From Bacteroidales bacterium (GTDB taxonomy: Bacteria > Bacteroidota > Bacteroidia > Bacteroidales > UBA12077): 64,000 nucleotides of DNA. Every line of letters starts with the position of its first letter. Position 1 is the first letter of the stretch. Where the stretch lies: contig JANQHR010000052.1 in NCBI GenBank assembly GCA_028282585.1, positions 32,001-96,000 of the forward strand, in the 5' to 3' direction. The position numbers were made by a program, and so were the translations under genes. This document shows positions 38,420 to 47,509 of this stretch, piece by piece. A model generated the notes under the pieces. That model was given only the letters and a program-made list of their open reading frames with translations. It ran no database searches and had not been told where the DNA came from.

Positions 38420-38866
38420 TGAACATCGATTAACGAATATAGAATTAAGAAATGGCAAAGACATTGACAAAATATGATTTAGAAGAAAGACTGATTAATT
38501 TTTCAGTATTGATAATTGATATAGTTAATGAAATGCCAAATACAAAAGCAGCAAATCATCTTTCGGGACAACTTGTTCGTTCTGGTACTTCGCCCGCTCT
38601 TAATTATGGTGAAGCGCAAAGTGCAGAATCAAGAAAGGATTTCATTCATAAGATGAAGGTTATTCTTAAAGAATTAAGAGAAACATTTGTGTGTTTGAAG
38701 ATAATTCATCGATGTAAATTGTTTAAAACAGAAGAAAAAATTATAATAGCTAAAGAAGAAAATAATGAGCTTATTTCAATATTTGTAAAAAGCATCGAAA
38801 CAGCAAAAAACAATTTAAATTCCAATAAATCTTAAATCGTTAATCTGTGTTCGATGTTCGATATTC
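38414..38866. repeat. Inverted 7-bp tandem-repeat arms around four-helix gene
   Basis: 38414-38455 gaataat gaacatc gattaac gaatata gaattaa gaaatgg; 38825-38866 ataaatc ttaaatc gttaatc tgtgttc gatgttc gatattc. Confidence 0.88.
38452..38835 (+). CDS. Four-helix-bundle protein (23S rRNA IVP/bAvd-like)
   Basis: DLEERLINF, QLVRSGTSPALNYGEAQSAESRKDFIHK..V.LKELRET..L. Confidence 0.93.
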   Translation: MAKTLTKYDLEERLINFSVLIIDIVNEMPNTKAANHLSGQLVRSGTSPALNYGEAQSAESRKDFIHKMKVILKELRETFVCLKIIHRCKLFKTEEKIIIAKEENNELISIFVKSIETAKNNLNSNKS

Positions 38867-38903
38867 AAATAAGAATTGAATATGATTTAAGAAGATTAAT
38901 AAA

Positions 38904-40064
38904 ATGAATAAAATTTACACAATAGCAGACAACATAATATCATCTTTGGGCTTTACAAGCAAAGAAAACTTTGAGAACCTTAAGCAAGGCATATCTGGAA
39001 TCAAACAAACATCAGACCCTAAAATTACACAGGTTCCAATGCAATGTTCTTTAGTTAATACAGAGAAATTAAATTCGGAATTTGAAAAAATTGGAAAACC
39101 TGAAGGATATACACGCCTGGAGAAACTAATGATATTATCTATCGCAGATTGCTTAAAACAATCAGGTGTAGATTCTACAAGTGAAGACACTTTGTTTATT
39201 TTTTCATCGGTTAAAGGAAATATCGATTTAATTGAGGATGAAAACCATCCTTTTGAAGAAGACAGAATAAACCTGTGGGCAATATCTGATGCAATTTGTA
39301 ATTTCTTCAAGGCGAAAAATGAAGCAATTTTTGTATCGAATGCATGCATTTCAGGTGCCACAGCTATCATAACGGCAGCCCAATATTTATCCGCTAAAAA
39401 ATATAAAAATGCCATTGTTTGCGGTGGTGATATTATTTCTGAATTTACACCTTCTGGTTTTCAATCGTTCAAAGCAGTGAGCGAAGAGCCTTGTAAACCT
39501 TTTGATGCAAACAGGAATGGTATCACTTTAGGCGAAGGTGCTGGTACAATTATTTTAACTGCTGATAAAGATTTAGTTAAAGAAGAAAATCCAATAGTTT
39601 TCAGAGGTGGGGCAAATACAAATGATGCAAACCATATTTCAGGGCCATCGAGAACTGGAGATGGATTATATTATGCAATCAGAAATGCACTAAACCAAGC
39701 AAATAAAACCAATACTGAAATCGACTACATTTCGGGGCATGGAACGGCAACTCCATACAACGATGAAATGGAATCGAAAGCCATTTCATGGGCCGGGCTT
39801 AAACATGTTCCCGTTAATAGCCTGAAAGGCTACTGGGGGCACACTTTAGGAGCTGCAGGAATCATTGAAAGTATTGCTGGAATTCATTCTATAAAGGAAA
39901 ACTGTTTAATAAGAACGAATGGATTTTCTGAACATGGTGTTAGTGAAGCAATTAATGTAATCAATGAATTTAAGGAAACTGAAGTAAAGAATTTCTTAAA
40001 AACAGCTTCTGGTTTTGGTGGTAGTAATGCCGCAGTTTATTTTTCTGAATTAAATGCTGATTAA
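38904..40064 (+). CDS. Beta-ketoacyl synthase family protein
   Basis: SNACISG, PFD..R.G..LGEGA, SGHGTAT..ND, GHTLGAAG, SGFGG. Confidence 0.9.
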   Translation: MNKIYTIADNIISSLGFTSKENFENLKQGISGIKQTSDPKITQVPMQCSLVNTEKLNSEFEKIGKPEGYTRLEKLMILSIADCLKQSGVDSTSEDTLFIFSSVKGNIDLIEDENHPFEEDRINLWAISDAICNFFKAKNEAIFVSNACISGATAIITAAQYLSAKKYKNAIVCGGDIISEFTPSGFQSFKAVSEEPCKPFDANRNGITLGEGAGTIILTADKDLVKEENPIVFRGGANTNDANHISGPSRTGDGLYYAIRNALNQANKTNTEIDYISGHGTATPYNDEMESKAISWAGLKHVPVNSLKGYWGHTLGAAGIIESIAGIHSIKENCLIRTNGFSEHGVSEAINVINEFKETEVKNFLKTASGFGGSNAAVYFSELNAD

Positions 40065-40099
40065 TTAGAAAATTGAAAATAGAAAATTATTAGAACATT

Positions 40100-40534
40100 A
40101 TGTCTTATATTAGAATTTGGTTACATTGTGTTTGGGGAACTAAAAAGCGAATTCCTTTTCTAACAAAAGACAATAAATGGGATATTATAAACCATATTAA
40201 AGATAATGCAAAGGCAAAAGGCATTTACATAAATTTTATTAATGGAAACAAAGAGCATATTCATTGTATAATTTCGCTTAAGGCTGATGAAGCCTTATCT
40301 AAAACTATTCAATTAATTAAGGGAGAATCTTCATTTTGGATAAATAAAAACAGTTTATCAAAAGGTAAATTTGAATGGGCGGATGAATACTTTGCTGTTT
40401 CAATTAGTGAATCTCAAGTGCCTAAAGTAAGGGATTACATAAAGAATCAAGAAGAGCATCATAGCAATAAAACATGGAAAGAAGAATATGAAGAATTTAT
40501 ACAAAAGTATAATTTCGAAAAGATTAAGGGCTAA
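40100..40534 (+). mobile_element. tnpA: IS200/IS605-family (Y1 HUH, RAYT-like) transposase
   Basis: H.VWGTK.R, EHIH (HUH), IKGESS, FEW...YF..S, YIKNQ catalytic Tyr. Confidence 0.9.
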
Positions 40535-40620
40535 AGCCCTCGTTATTTTGAGGATTTATAACCCCAGCCTTAAGGCTGGGGTTAAAGAAAATACCCTTGA
40601 ATGGACTTTAGTCCCTTAAT
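40523..40620. repeat. Composite palindromic REP-like module at the transposase 3' end
   Basis: Outer inverted repeats attaagggctaaagcc / ggactttagtcccttaat enclosing perfect 26-bp palindrome taaccccagccttaaggctggggtta (40559-40584). Confidence 0.88.
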
Positions 40621-40639
40621 TTACTTAATTACCACGTTT

Positions 40640-41269
40640 ATGGAAAACATCATATCAAAATATTGCATTATACAACCGCATAAGGTTATAGTTGATGGAA
40701 AATCAGAATTAATCGATCCTGAGAAAAGCGAATTCGGAGCATTCATGAAATCCATCTATAAACATTACGATATAAAGTATCCAAAGTATTTTAAAATGGA
40801 TAACCTATGCAAGATTGCTTTTATTGCATCCGAAATTGTATTGAAAGGAAATGAACATATCAAGGAATTGGACCCTACCAAAGTAGGTGTGATTTTACAA
40901 AACTCGCATTCATCCATAGATACAGATACTAAATACAACGATACTATTAAGGATAAATCAAACTACTTTCCAAGCCCGGCAGTATTTGTTTATACCTTGC
41001 CCAACGTAATGATTGGCGAAATTTGTATTCGAAATAAGTTTCAAGGTGAAAATACCTGTTTTATAGCCAAACAATTCAACCCCGAATTTGTAACTGAATA
41101 TGTAGGCGAACTGTTAGGTTCTGGCAAGTTAGATGCTTGTATTGCCGGGTGGGCAGATTACATGGATGGAGAATACAGTTCGATGTTGTTTTTAGTTGAA
41201 AAAAATAAGGAAAATAAAAAAGATAGTATTAGTTTTAACCCCCAAATCATAAATGGATTAATTAAGTAA
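40640..41269 (+). CDS. Truncated ketosynthase-like / chain-length-factor-like protein
   Basis: YPKYFKMD.L.K, FPSPAVFVYTLPNVMIGEI.I, GEN; no catalytic Cys; ATG 40640 preferred because 40601 lies in the palindrome. Confidence 0.8.
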   Translation: MENIISKYCIIQPHKVIVDGKSELIDPEKSEFGAFMKSIYKHYDIKYPKYFKMDNLCKIAFIASEIVLKGNEHIKELDPTKVGVILQNSHSSIDTDTKYNDTIKDKSNYFPSPAVFVYTLPNVMIGEICIRNKFQGENTCFIAKQFNPEFVTEYVGELLGSGKLDACIAGWADYMDGEYSSMLFLVEKNKENKKDSISFNPQIINGLIK

Positions 41270-41275
41270 ATAGAA

Positions 41276-41530
41276 ATGGAAGAGTTAATTTTAAAGATTA
41301 AAGAACAAGTAATAGAGGTATTGAATTTAGAAGATATTGAGCCAGCAGATATTGATACAGATGCACCATTATTTGGTGATGGTTTAGGGCTTGATTCAAT
41401 TGATGCATTAGAATTGATCGTATTATTAGAAAAACAATATGGAATAAAAATCGAAGACCCAAAAGACGGAAAAAAGATTTTTTATTCAATTAGGACAATT
41501 GCTGAATACATCGAAGAAAAAAAGAAATAA
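41276..41530 (+). CDS. Acyl carrier protein (aryl-polyene type)
   Basis: APLFGDGLGLDSIDALEL. Confidence 0.93.
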   Translation: MEELILKIKEQVIEVLNLEDIEPADIDTDAPLFGDGLGLDSIDALELIVLLEKQYGIKIEDPKDGKKIFYSIRTIAEYIEEKKK

Positions 41531-41551
41531 TATTTGATAAAGGATTTGTAG

Positions 41552-42751
41552 ATGTCAAAGAGGGTATTTGTAACAGGCATAGGAATTATATCAGGAATCG
41601 GAAATAATGTAGAAGAAACACTTCAATCTCTTAAAGAGAAAAAATCCGGAGTAGAAGATATCAAGTATCTTCAAACCAACCACAAAGGTGTCATTCCTGT
41701 TTCGGAAGTAAAGTTATCTGAAGAAGAATTGATTAAAAGAGCCGGATTGCCTCAAGGTGAACCTTATACTCGATCGACTCTAATTGGTATAATTGCTGCT
41801 GACGAAGCAGTTAAAAATGCTCAGATTAATGATATCAAAGAATGTAAAACCGGATTGATATCCGGAACTACTGTTGGTGGAATGGACAAAAGCGAGCTTT
41901 ATTACAGAGACCTTTTAGAAACTACAAACCATATCGAATATATCGAAACCCACGATTGTGGTGATAGTACTGAGCGAATTGCTGATTACATTGGGATTAA
42001 GGATTTTGTTTCAACTACAAGTACTGCGTGTTCATCCGCTGCTAATTCAATGATATTAGGAGCCAGAATGATCAAAAACGGTTTACTAGACCGTTGTGTT
42101 GCAGGTGGAATCGAATCATTAACCAAATACCACATGAATGGCTTTAACACATTAATGATTCTTGACCGTGAACCGTGTAAACCTTTTGATGAAAACAGAA
42201 AAGGTTTAAACCTTGGTGAAGGAGCTGCCTTTCTGGTGTTAGAATCTGAAGAGATGGTTCAAAAATCTGGTAAAAAAGTGCTTGCTGAATTAACGGGTTA
42301 TGGAAACTCATGTGAAGCTTTCCATCAAACAGCTTCTACTCCTGAAGGTAAAGGTGCATATGCAGCCATGAAAGAAGCTTTGGAAAGAAGCGGGTTAAAG
42401 CCGGAAGATATTGATTATGTGAATGCTCATGGTACAGGAACAGATAACAATGACCTTTCAGAAGGAAGAGCTATTGAAAACATTTTTGGTAAGAATATTC
42501 CTAAGGTAAGTTCAACTAAATCGTATACCGGGCACACAACAAGTGCTGCAGGTGGTGTTGAAGCAGTTATATCAGTTCTTACCTTACAGCACAACATGAT
42601 TTTCCCGAACCTGAATTTTAAAGAGCAAATGAAAGAACTTAAATTCAAACCTGTAACTGAAGTTATAGAAAATGTTAAGGTCGACCATGTACTATCCAAT
42701 TCTTTTGGTTTCGGAGGTAATAATTCAGCGTTAATTTTCTCAAGATATTAG
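41552..42751 (+). CDS. Beta-ketoacyl-ACP synthase (aryl-polyene KS type)
   Basis: STACSSAAN, GLNLGEGAA, NAHGTGT.NND.SE, KSYTGHT, SNSFGFGGNN. Confidence 0.93.
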   Translation: MSKRVFVTGIGIISGIGNNVEETLQSLKEKKSGVEDIKYLQTNHKGVIPVSEVKLSEEELIKRAGLPQGEPYTRSTLIGIIAADEAVKNAQINDIKECKTGLISGTTVGGMDKSELYYRDLLETTNHIEYIETHDCGDSTERIADYIGIKDFVSTTSTACSSAANSMILGARMIKNGLLDRCVAGGIESLTKYHMNGFNTLMILDREPCKPFDENRKGLNLGEGAAFLVLESEEMVQKSGKKVLAELTGYGNSCEAFHQTASTPEGKGAYAAMKEALERSGLKPEDIDYVNAHGTGTDNNDLSEGRAIENIFGKNIPKVSSTKSYTGHTTSAAGGVEAVISVLTLQHNMIFPNLNFKEQMKELKFKPVTEVIENVKVDHVLSNSFGFGGNNSALIFSRY

Positions 42752-42752
42752 T

Positions 42753-43817
42753 ATGGAAGTTTACATAAAAGGCATCGGTAATATATCTCCTCAAAATACT
42801 ACAGATAGCAAAGTATTTTTAGATGAAGTTGTGAATCACGAATCTGATTTTCTTTCTTGTATTGAACCCAATTATAAAGAATTTATTAATCCCATTCAGC
42901 TTCGCCGAATGAGTAAACTGATAAAAATGGGGATCAGTGCTTCAAAAATTTGTTTGCAGGATGCTGGTGTTGAAGAACCAGGTGCAATTATTACCGGAAC
43001 AGGACTGGGGTTGGTTGGTGATACTGAAAAATTCCTGAACCAGGTTTTAGACCATAATGAGGAACTTCTTGCCCCCACTGCTTTTATTCAATCAACGCAC
43101 AATACAATTAGCGGGCAGGTTGCAATTGCCTTAAAATGCTTTAAATACAACAATACATACTCGCACCGCGGTTTTTCCTTTGAAAGTGCGCTTTTAGATG
43201 GAATGCTGTTGGTTGAAAATAAGGATGCTGGCCATGTTTTGGTTGGCGGTTTCGATGAAATCACTGGTGAACACTATAAAATCATCAAAAAAACAAAGTG
43301 GGTAAAAGATGAAACTATAAAAAGCCTTGAACTAATTGATCATAAAACGCAAGGAACCATTGTTGGCGAAAGTGTTGCTTTCTTTACGTTAACTGGTAAG
43401 AAAGATGAAAACACGTACGCAAAAATTCAAGATATTAAGACCATATATAAACCTGAAAACAACCATGAAATTGAAACTAAAATCGATGAATTCTTAGCTA
43501 AAAATAAGCTAAAAAAGCAAGATATTGATTTGGTGGTTTTAGGTTTAAATGGAAACGTTGACACTGATGATGTTTACCTTCATCTAGCAGATAACTATTT
43601 CAATACAAATTATGCTTATTTCAAGCACCTTTCCGGTGATTACCACACGGTTGGTTCATTTGCATTATGGTTTGCTGCAAATTCAATTAAACATCAGAAT
43701 GTACCAGAAGTAGCTCGTTTCAGAAAAGAAAACTTTACTGAAAAACCAATAAAAAACGTATTGGTATACAATCATTTTAGAAAAGTTGACCATTCAATAT
43801 TTTTATTAACTCAATGA
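42753..43817 (+). CDS. Ketosynthase chain-length factor
   Basis: LRRMS, GTGLG, PTAFIQSTHNT, SFE.ALLD; lacks catalytic Cys; adjacent to KS. Confidence 0.85.
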   Translation: MEVYIKGIGNISPQNTTDSKVFLDEVVNHESDFLSCIEPNYKEFINPIQLRRMSKLIKMGISASKICLQDAGVEEPGAIITGTGLGLVGDTEKFLNQVLDHNEELLAPTAFIQSTHNTISGQVAIALKCFKYNNTYSHRGFSFESALLDGMLLVENKDAGHVLVGGFDEITGEHYKIIKKTKWVKDETIKSLELIDHKTQGTIVGESVAFFTLTGKKDENTYAKIQDIKTIYKPENNHEIETKIDEFLAKNKLKKQDIDLVVLGLNGNVDTDDVYLHLADNYFNTNYAYFKHLSGDYHTVGSFALWFAANSIKHQNVPEVARFRKENFTEKPIKNVLVYNHFRKVDHSIFLLTQ

Positions 43818-44575
43818 TCAAACCAAGAACTACATTCGTTCTTTACATCATTGTTTTAATCCTGGTTTATCTCTTTCTTCCATGGAAAGGGATATTTTTT
43901 ACTCTATTAACAGTCTTATTTTTAGCTCATTTAGTTTATTGCTCGGTAAATATTTGCTCTCAAGCTTACATTAAAACCTTTTGCAAACGCGATACACAAG
44001 AAAAAAAGATAGCCATCACTTTTGATGATGGGCCGGATTCAGAAATTACTCCGAAGGTTTTAGAGATATTAGACGAGTTCGCTGTAAAAGCTACTTTCTT
44101 TTGTATCGGAAATCAAATCGAACGCAATAGAGATATCTTAAAAGCGTTAGATTCAAAAGGGCATTTAATTGGTAATCATAGCTATTCGCACGAGTTTTGG
44201 TTCGATTTATACCCGGCAAATAAGATGCAAGAAGATATTAAAAAAACAAATGGACTGATTTTTGAAACAATTGGTAAAAAAACGAAGCTGTTCCGCCCTC
44301 CTTATGGTGTTACAAACCCTTCTTTAAAGAAAGCTATTAAGGATTTAGGTTTTAATACTATTGGATGGAGCATACGTTCTTTAGATACTGTAAGCAAAAC
44401 TGAAAAAACTATTCAACGAATTAAGAAAAAATTATCACCGGGAGATATGATATTATTTCATGATAACAGAGAACAAATAATTCTAATCTTAAAAGAGTTT
44501 ATAGATTATACCAAATCCGAAGGATATGAGATTGTTCCTCTCGACGAATTATTAAATATACAAGCTTATGAATAA
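43814..44575 (+). CDS. Polysaccharide deacetylase family protein
   Basis: TFDDGP, ATFF, GNHSYSH, FRPPYG, ILFHD. Confidence 0.92.
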   Translation: MIKPRTTFVLYIIVLILVYLFLPWKGIFFTLLTVLFLAHLVYCSVNICSQAYIKTFCKRDTQEKKIAITFDDGPDSEITPKVLEILDEFAVKATFFCIGNQIERNRDILKALDSKGHLIGNHSYSHEFWFDLYPANKMQEDIKKTNGLIFETIGKKTKLFRPPYGVTNPSLKKAIKDLGFNTIGWSIRSLDTVSKTEKTIQRIKKKLSPGDMILFHDNREQIILILKEFIDYTKSEGYEIVPLDELLNIQAYE

Positions 44576-45206
44576 GATATTAAGTACTATAATCAGCCTC
44601 TTTTTATTTATTACCATTTTAAATGCTCAGGAAAATGGATTTTCTAAGGTTAAGGATATGGAAAAAACGAAGTCGGATTTATCAAAATTAACAGAAAACA
44701 CTTCAGCCATAAAGAGTCAATTTGTACAGGAAAAACATCTAAGTTTTTTAACTGAGAATATAAGGTCAAAAGGTGAATTTTACTTCAAAAGCCCTAATTC
44801 GCTTCGTTGGGAATATTCAGAGCCATTCGAATATATTATCGTATTCAATGATAAAAATATTATGATTAAAGATGGTGCTAAAATCAGCACATATGATACT
44901 GAATCAAACAAAATGTTTAGCGAAATCAATAATATGATGATTGGTACTATTCAGGGCAATTTATTTACAGATAACGAACGGTTTGATGTAGAATATTTTG
45001 AAAATGCTTCTCAATATTTGCTTGAACTGGATCCCAAATTACCTGAAATGAAAAGTATGCTGAAAACAATCAAAATATTCATTGATAAATCAGATATTTC
45101 AGTGGCTAAAATTAAAATGATTGAAAGTTCAGATGATTATACCAGTATTGAATTCATAAACAGAAAACTGAACCAGGAAATAAAAGAATCCATCTTTAAA
45201 CTATAA
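44568..45206 (+). CDS. LolA-like lipoprotein/lipid carrier
   Basis: Signal peptide, F.QEK.L, S.G.FYFK.P..LRWEY..P. Confidence 0.88.
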   Translation: MNKILSTIISLFLFITILNAQENGFSKVKDMEKTKSDLSKLTENTSAIKSQFVQEKHLSFLTENIRSKGEFYFKSPNSLRWEYSEPFEYIIVFNDKNIMIKDGAKISTYDTESNKMFSEINNMMIGTIQGNLFTDNERFDVEYFENASQYLLELDPKLPEMKSMLKTIKIFIDKSDISVAKIKMIESSDDYTSIEFINRKLNQEIKESIFKL

Positions 45207-45224
45207 CTATTTTACTTTTTAATA

Positions 45225-45914
45225 ATGAATATTGAACACCGAACACCGAATCTAGAAATAAAACAAATCTTTCGTATTTCGTCATTCATAATTCGATATT
45301 CGGTATTTCTAATTATTGTATTTCTATCAAGTTGTGCCAATCCCCATAAAAATCTGCCAAGTACTGAATTAAGAGTATCAGAAATTAAAAATATCCCTTA
45401 TGCCCTTCCTTATACCGATAAAGCAATCATATACAAAACAGATATCAGCTTTTATAAAAATGATATTAGTGGATTATTGATCATTAAAAGAACAGACGAA
45501 AATGTATATCGTATTGCTTTAACCACCCAATTCGGCTTAAAGATATTTGATTTTGAATTGAACCATGGAGAACTCAAGGTAAAGTATTGTGTTGAATATT
45601 TAAATAAAAAAGTAATCCTAAACACATTTGAAACAGATTTCAACCTGCTTTTATTGCAAAACAAATTTGATAGCATACAAAGAATACAAAACCAGAAACA
45701 AAATCAAACTATCTGGCAATTAAAATCGGGCAAATTAAACTACAACTATATAGAGGATGTAAATTCGCAAAATGTTGTACGCATTAGCTTTAAGAAGAGA
45801 AATTCTGAAAAAATTTCAGTAGGTTTGTATGCGTACCGAGGTGATATTCCAGGAGAAATAAAGTTGGAGCATCACAACATAAAACTAAAAATGGATTTAA
45901 AATTGATTCAATAA
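45225..45914 (+). CDS. Hypothetical lipoprotein
   Basis: Lipobox LSSC at residues 34-37; SGLLIIK, FGLKIFDF. Confidence 0.75.
   Translation: MNIEHRTPNLEIKQIFRISSFIIRYSVFLIIVFLSSCANPHKNLPSTELRVSEIKNIPYALPYTDKAIIYKTDISFYKNDISGLLIIKRTDENVYRIALTTQFGLKIFDFELNHGELKVKYCVEYLNKKVILNTFETDFNLLLLQNKFDSIQRIQNQKQNQTIWQLKSGKLNYNYIEDVNSQNVVRISFKKRNSEKISVGLYAYRGDIPGEIKLEHHNIKLKMDLKLIQ
45227..45308. repeat. Gene-less pair of inverted 7-bp tandem-repeat arms inside the 5' end of the lipoprotein CDS
   Basis: 45227-45261 gaatatt gaacacc gaacacc gaatcta gaaataa; 45267-45308 atctttc gtatttc gtcattc ataattc gatattc ggtattt. Confidence 0.82.
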
Positions 45915-46288
45915 TGCTTTTAAAAGATTTTTATACCCTTGCTGAATTAGATAAAAGTGATCAAGAAAACTTCAAAGCCATCATCGATCTAAATAAGGAT
46001 CATGAAGTATACAAGGGCCATTTTCCAGGCAATCCTGTTGTTCCGGGCGTTTGCTTAACGCAATTGATAAAGGAAATCATGGAGACTGCTGAAAACAAAG
46101 AATTGAACCTTGTTTATGCCGATAATATCAAATTTATGTCAGTTGTAAATCCTGAGGTAAACAGCAGGCTTCAGATCGACTTGAAAGTAAAATACGATGA
46201 CGAACAAAACCTAATTAAGGTAAATAGTGTTACTCATTTTAACGATCAGGTTTTTTACAAATTTAAAGGTAACTTTAGGGCAAAGTAA
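45914..46288 (+). CDS. FabZ-like 3-hydroxyacyl-ACP dehydratase
   Basis: H.VY.GHFPGNPVVPGVC, IKF...VNP. Confidence 0.9.
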   Translation: MLLKDFYTLAELDKSDQENFKAIIDLNKDHEVYKGHFPGNPVVPGVCLTQLIKEIMETAENKELNLVYADNIKFMSVVNPEVNSRLQIDLKVKYDDEQNLIKVNSVTHFNDQVFYKFKGNFRAK

Positions 46289-46300
46289 AATTTTTGGGGA

Positions 46301-47509
46301 ATGGATTTGGAAAAGTACCGCGAGATATTTAGGGAGAAAAAGTGCTGTGTAATTATACCCACTTATAATAATGATCAAACCATTGAAAAAGTTGTTTCTG
46401 ATGTGTTGAAATATACCAATCAGGTTATTGTTGTTAACGATGGATCAACAGACCAAACAGGCGATATTTTAAGCAAGATCAGTGAAGTTGATGTTGCAAG
46501 TTATCCTAAAAACAAAGGAAAAGGGTACGCTTTAAAAACCGGCTTTAAATATGCATGGAAAAGTGGTTATGAATATGCAATCACCATTGATTCCGACGGG
46601 CAACATTTTGCTTCGGATTTGCCAAAATTTGTAGAAGCCATTAATGAAAATCCAAATTCCATTATAATTGGAAATAGAAATATGGAACAGGATGGTATTC
46701 CTGGGAAAAGTAGTTTTGGAAACCGCTTTTCCAATTTCTGGTTTAAGTTCGAAACTGGAATTTCAATGCCTGATACCCAATCAGGATACAGGCTTTATCC
46801 TTTAAAGCCATTGAGTAAAATGCGCTTGTTCACCAATAAATACGAATTAGAAATAGAAGTTATCGTAAGAGCAGCCTGGAGAGGTGTTGACGTAACTCAT
46901 CTTCCAATTCAAATTTATTATGCCCCGAAAGAAACAAGAGTTTCTCATTTTAAACCTTTCATAGATTTTACAAGAATAAGTATTTTGAATACGATTTTGG
47001 TTATTTATGCATTGCTAGTTGCTAAGCCCTTTGCTTTTGTTAAGAAATTAAATAAAAAGAATATCCAGGAATTCTTTAGAGATCAAATATTACAAAATAA
47101 GGAACCAAATATCAAGATTACATTTGCCATTATGCTTGGTTTGTTTATGGGTGTTGCACCAGTGTGGGGATACCAGATGCTGATTGCTTTTGCTTTAGCG
47201 CATATTCTAAAATTGAATAAAGTGATTGTATTAGTTGCTTCTAATATCAGCATCCCTCCTATGATTCCGATTGTACTTTTTGCCAGTTTTAAAACAGGAG
47301 GATTTTTTGTTGAAGCCAATAAGCTTAACCTGCGCTTTGATTCAAGTATTAGTCTGGATTTAATTAAGGACAACCTAACTCAATATGTTGTTGGTAGTCT
47401 AGTATTTGGAATTTTACTAGCTTTAACCTTTGGTATTGTTACTTATATTTTACTTCTTATCTTTCGGAAAAAACCGGTATTACAAAAAGAGTATGTTAAA
47501 TTAGATTAA
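46301..47509 (+). CDS. GT2 glycosyltransferase fused to DUF2062-like membrane domain
   Basis: IIPTYNN, VNDGSTD, NKGKG, IDSDGQH, DTQSGYRLYP; hydrophobic C-terminus. Confidence 0.9.
   Translation: MDLEKYREIFREKKCCVIIPTYNNDQTIEKVVSDVLKYTNQVIVVNDGSTDQTGDILSKISEVDVASYPKNKGKGYALKTGFKYAWKSGYEYAITIDSDGQHFASDLPKFVEAINENPNSIIIGNRNMEQDGIPGKSSFGNRFSNFWFKFETGISMPDTQSGYRLYPLKPLSKMRLFTNKYELEIEVIVRAAWRGVDVTHLPIQIYYAPKETRVSHFKPFIDFTRISILNTILVIYALLVAKPFAFVKKLNKKNIQEFFRDQILQNKEPNIKITFAIMLGLFMGVAPVWGYQMLIAFALAHILKLNKVIVLVASNISIPPMIPIVLFASFKTGGFFVEANKLNLRFDSSISLDLIKDNLTQYVVGSLVFGILLALTFGIVTYILLLIFRKKPVLQKEYVKLD

Noticed and set aside
40601-40639. N-terminal extension MDFSPLIYLITTF of the KS-like ORF
   Set aside because: The ATG lies inside the palindromic module; ATG 40640 is the more plausible start.
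38414-45308. CRISPR array interpretation of the short repeats
   Set aside because: Units are 7-9 bp, contiguous and degenerate, with no spacers and no cas genes.
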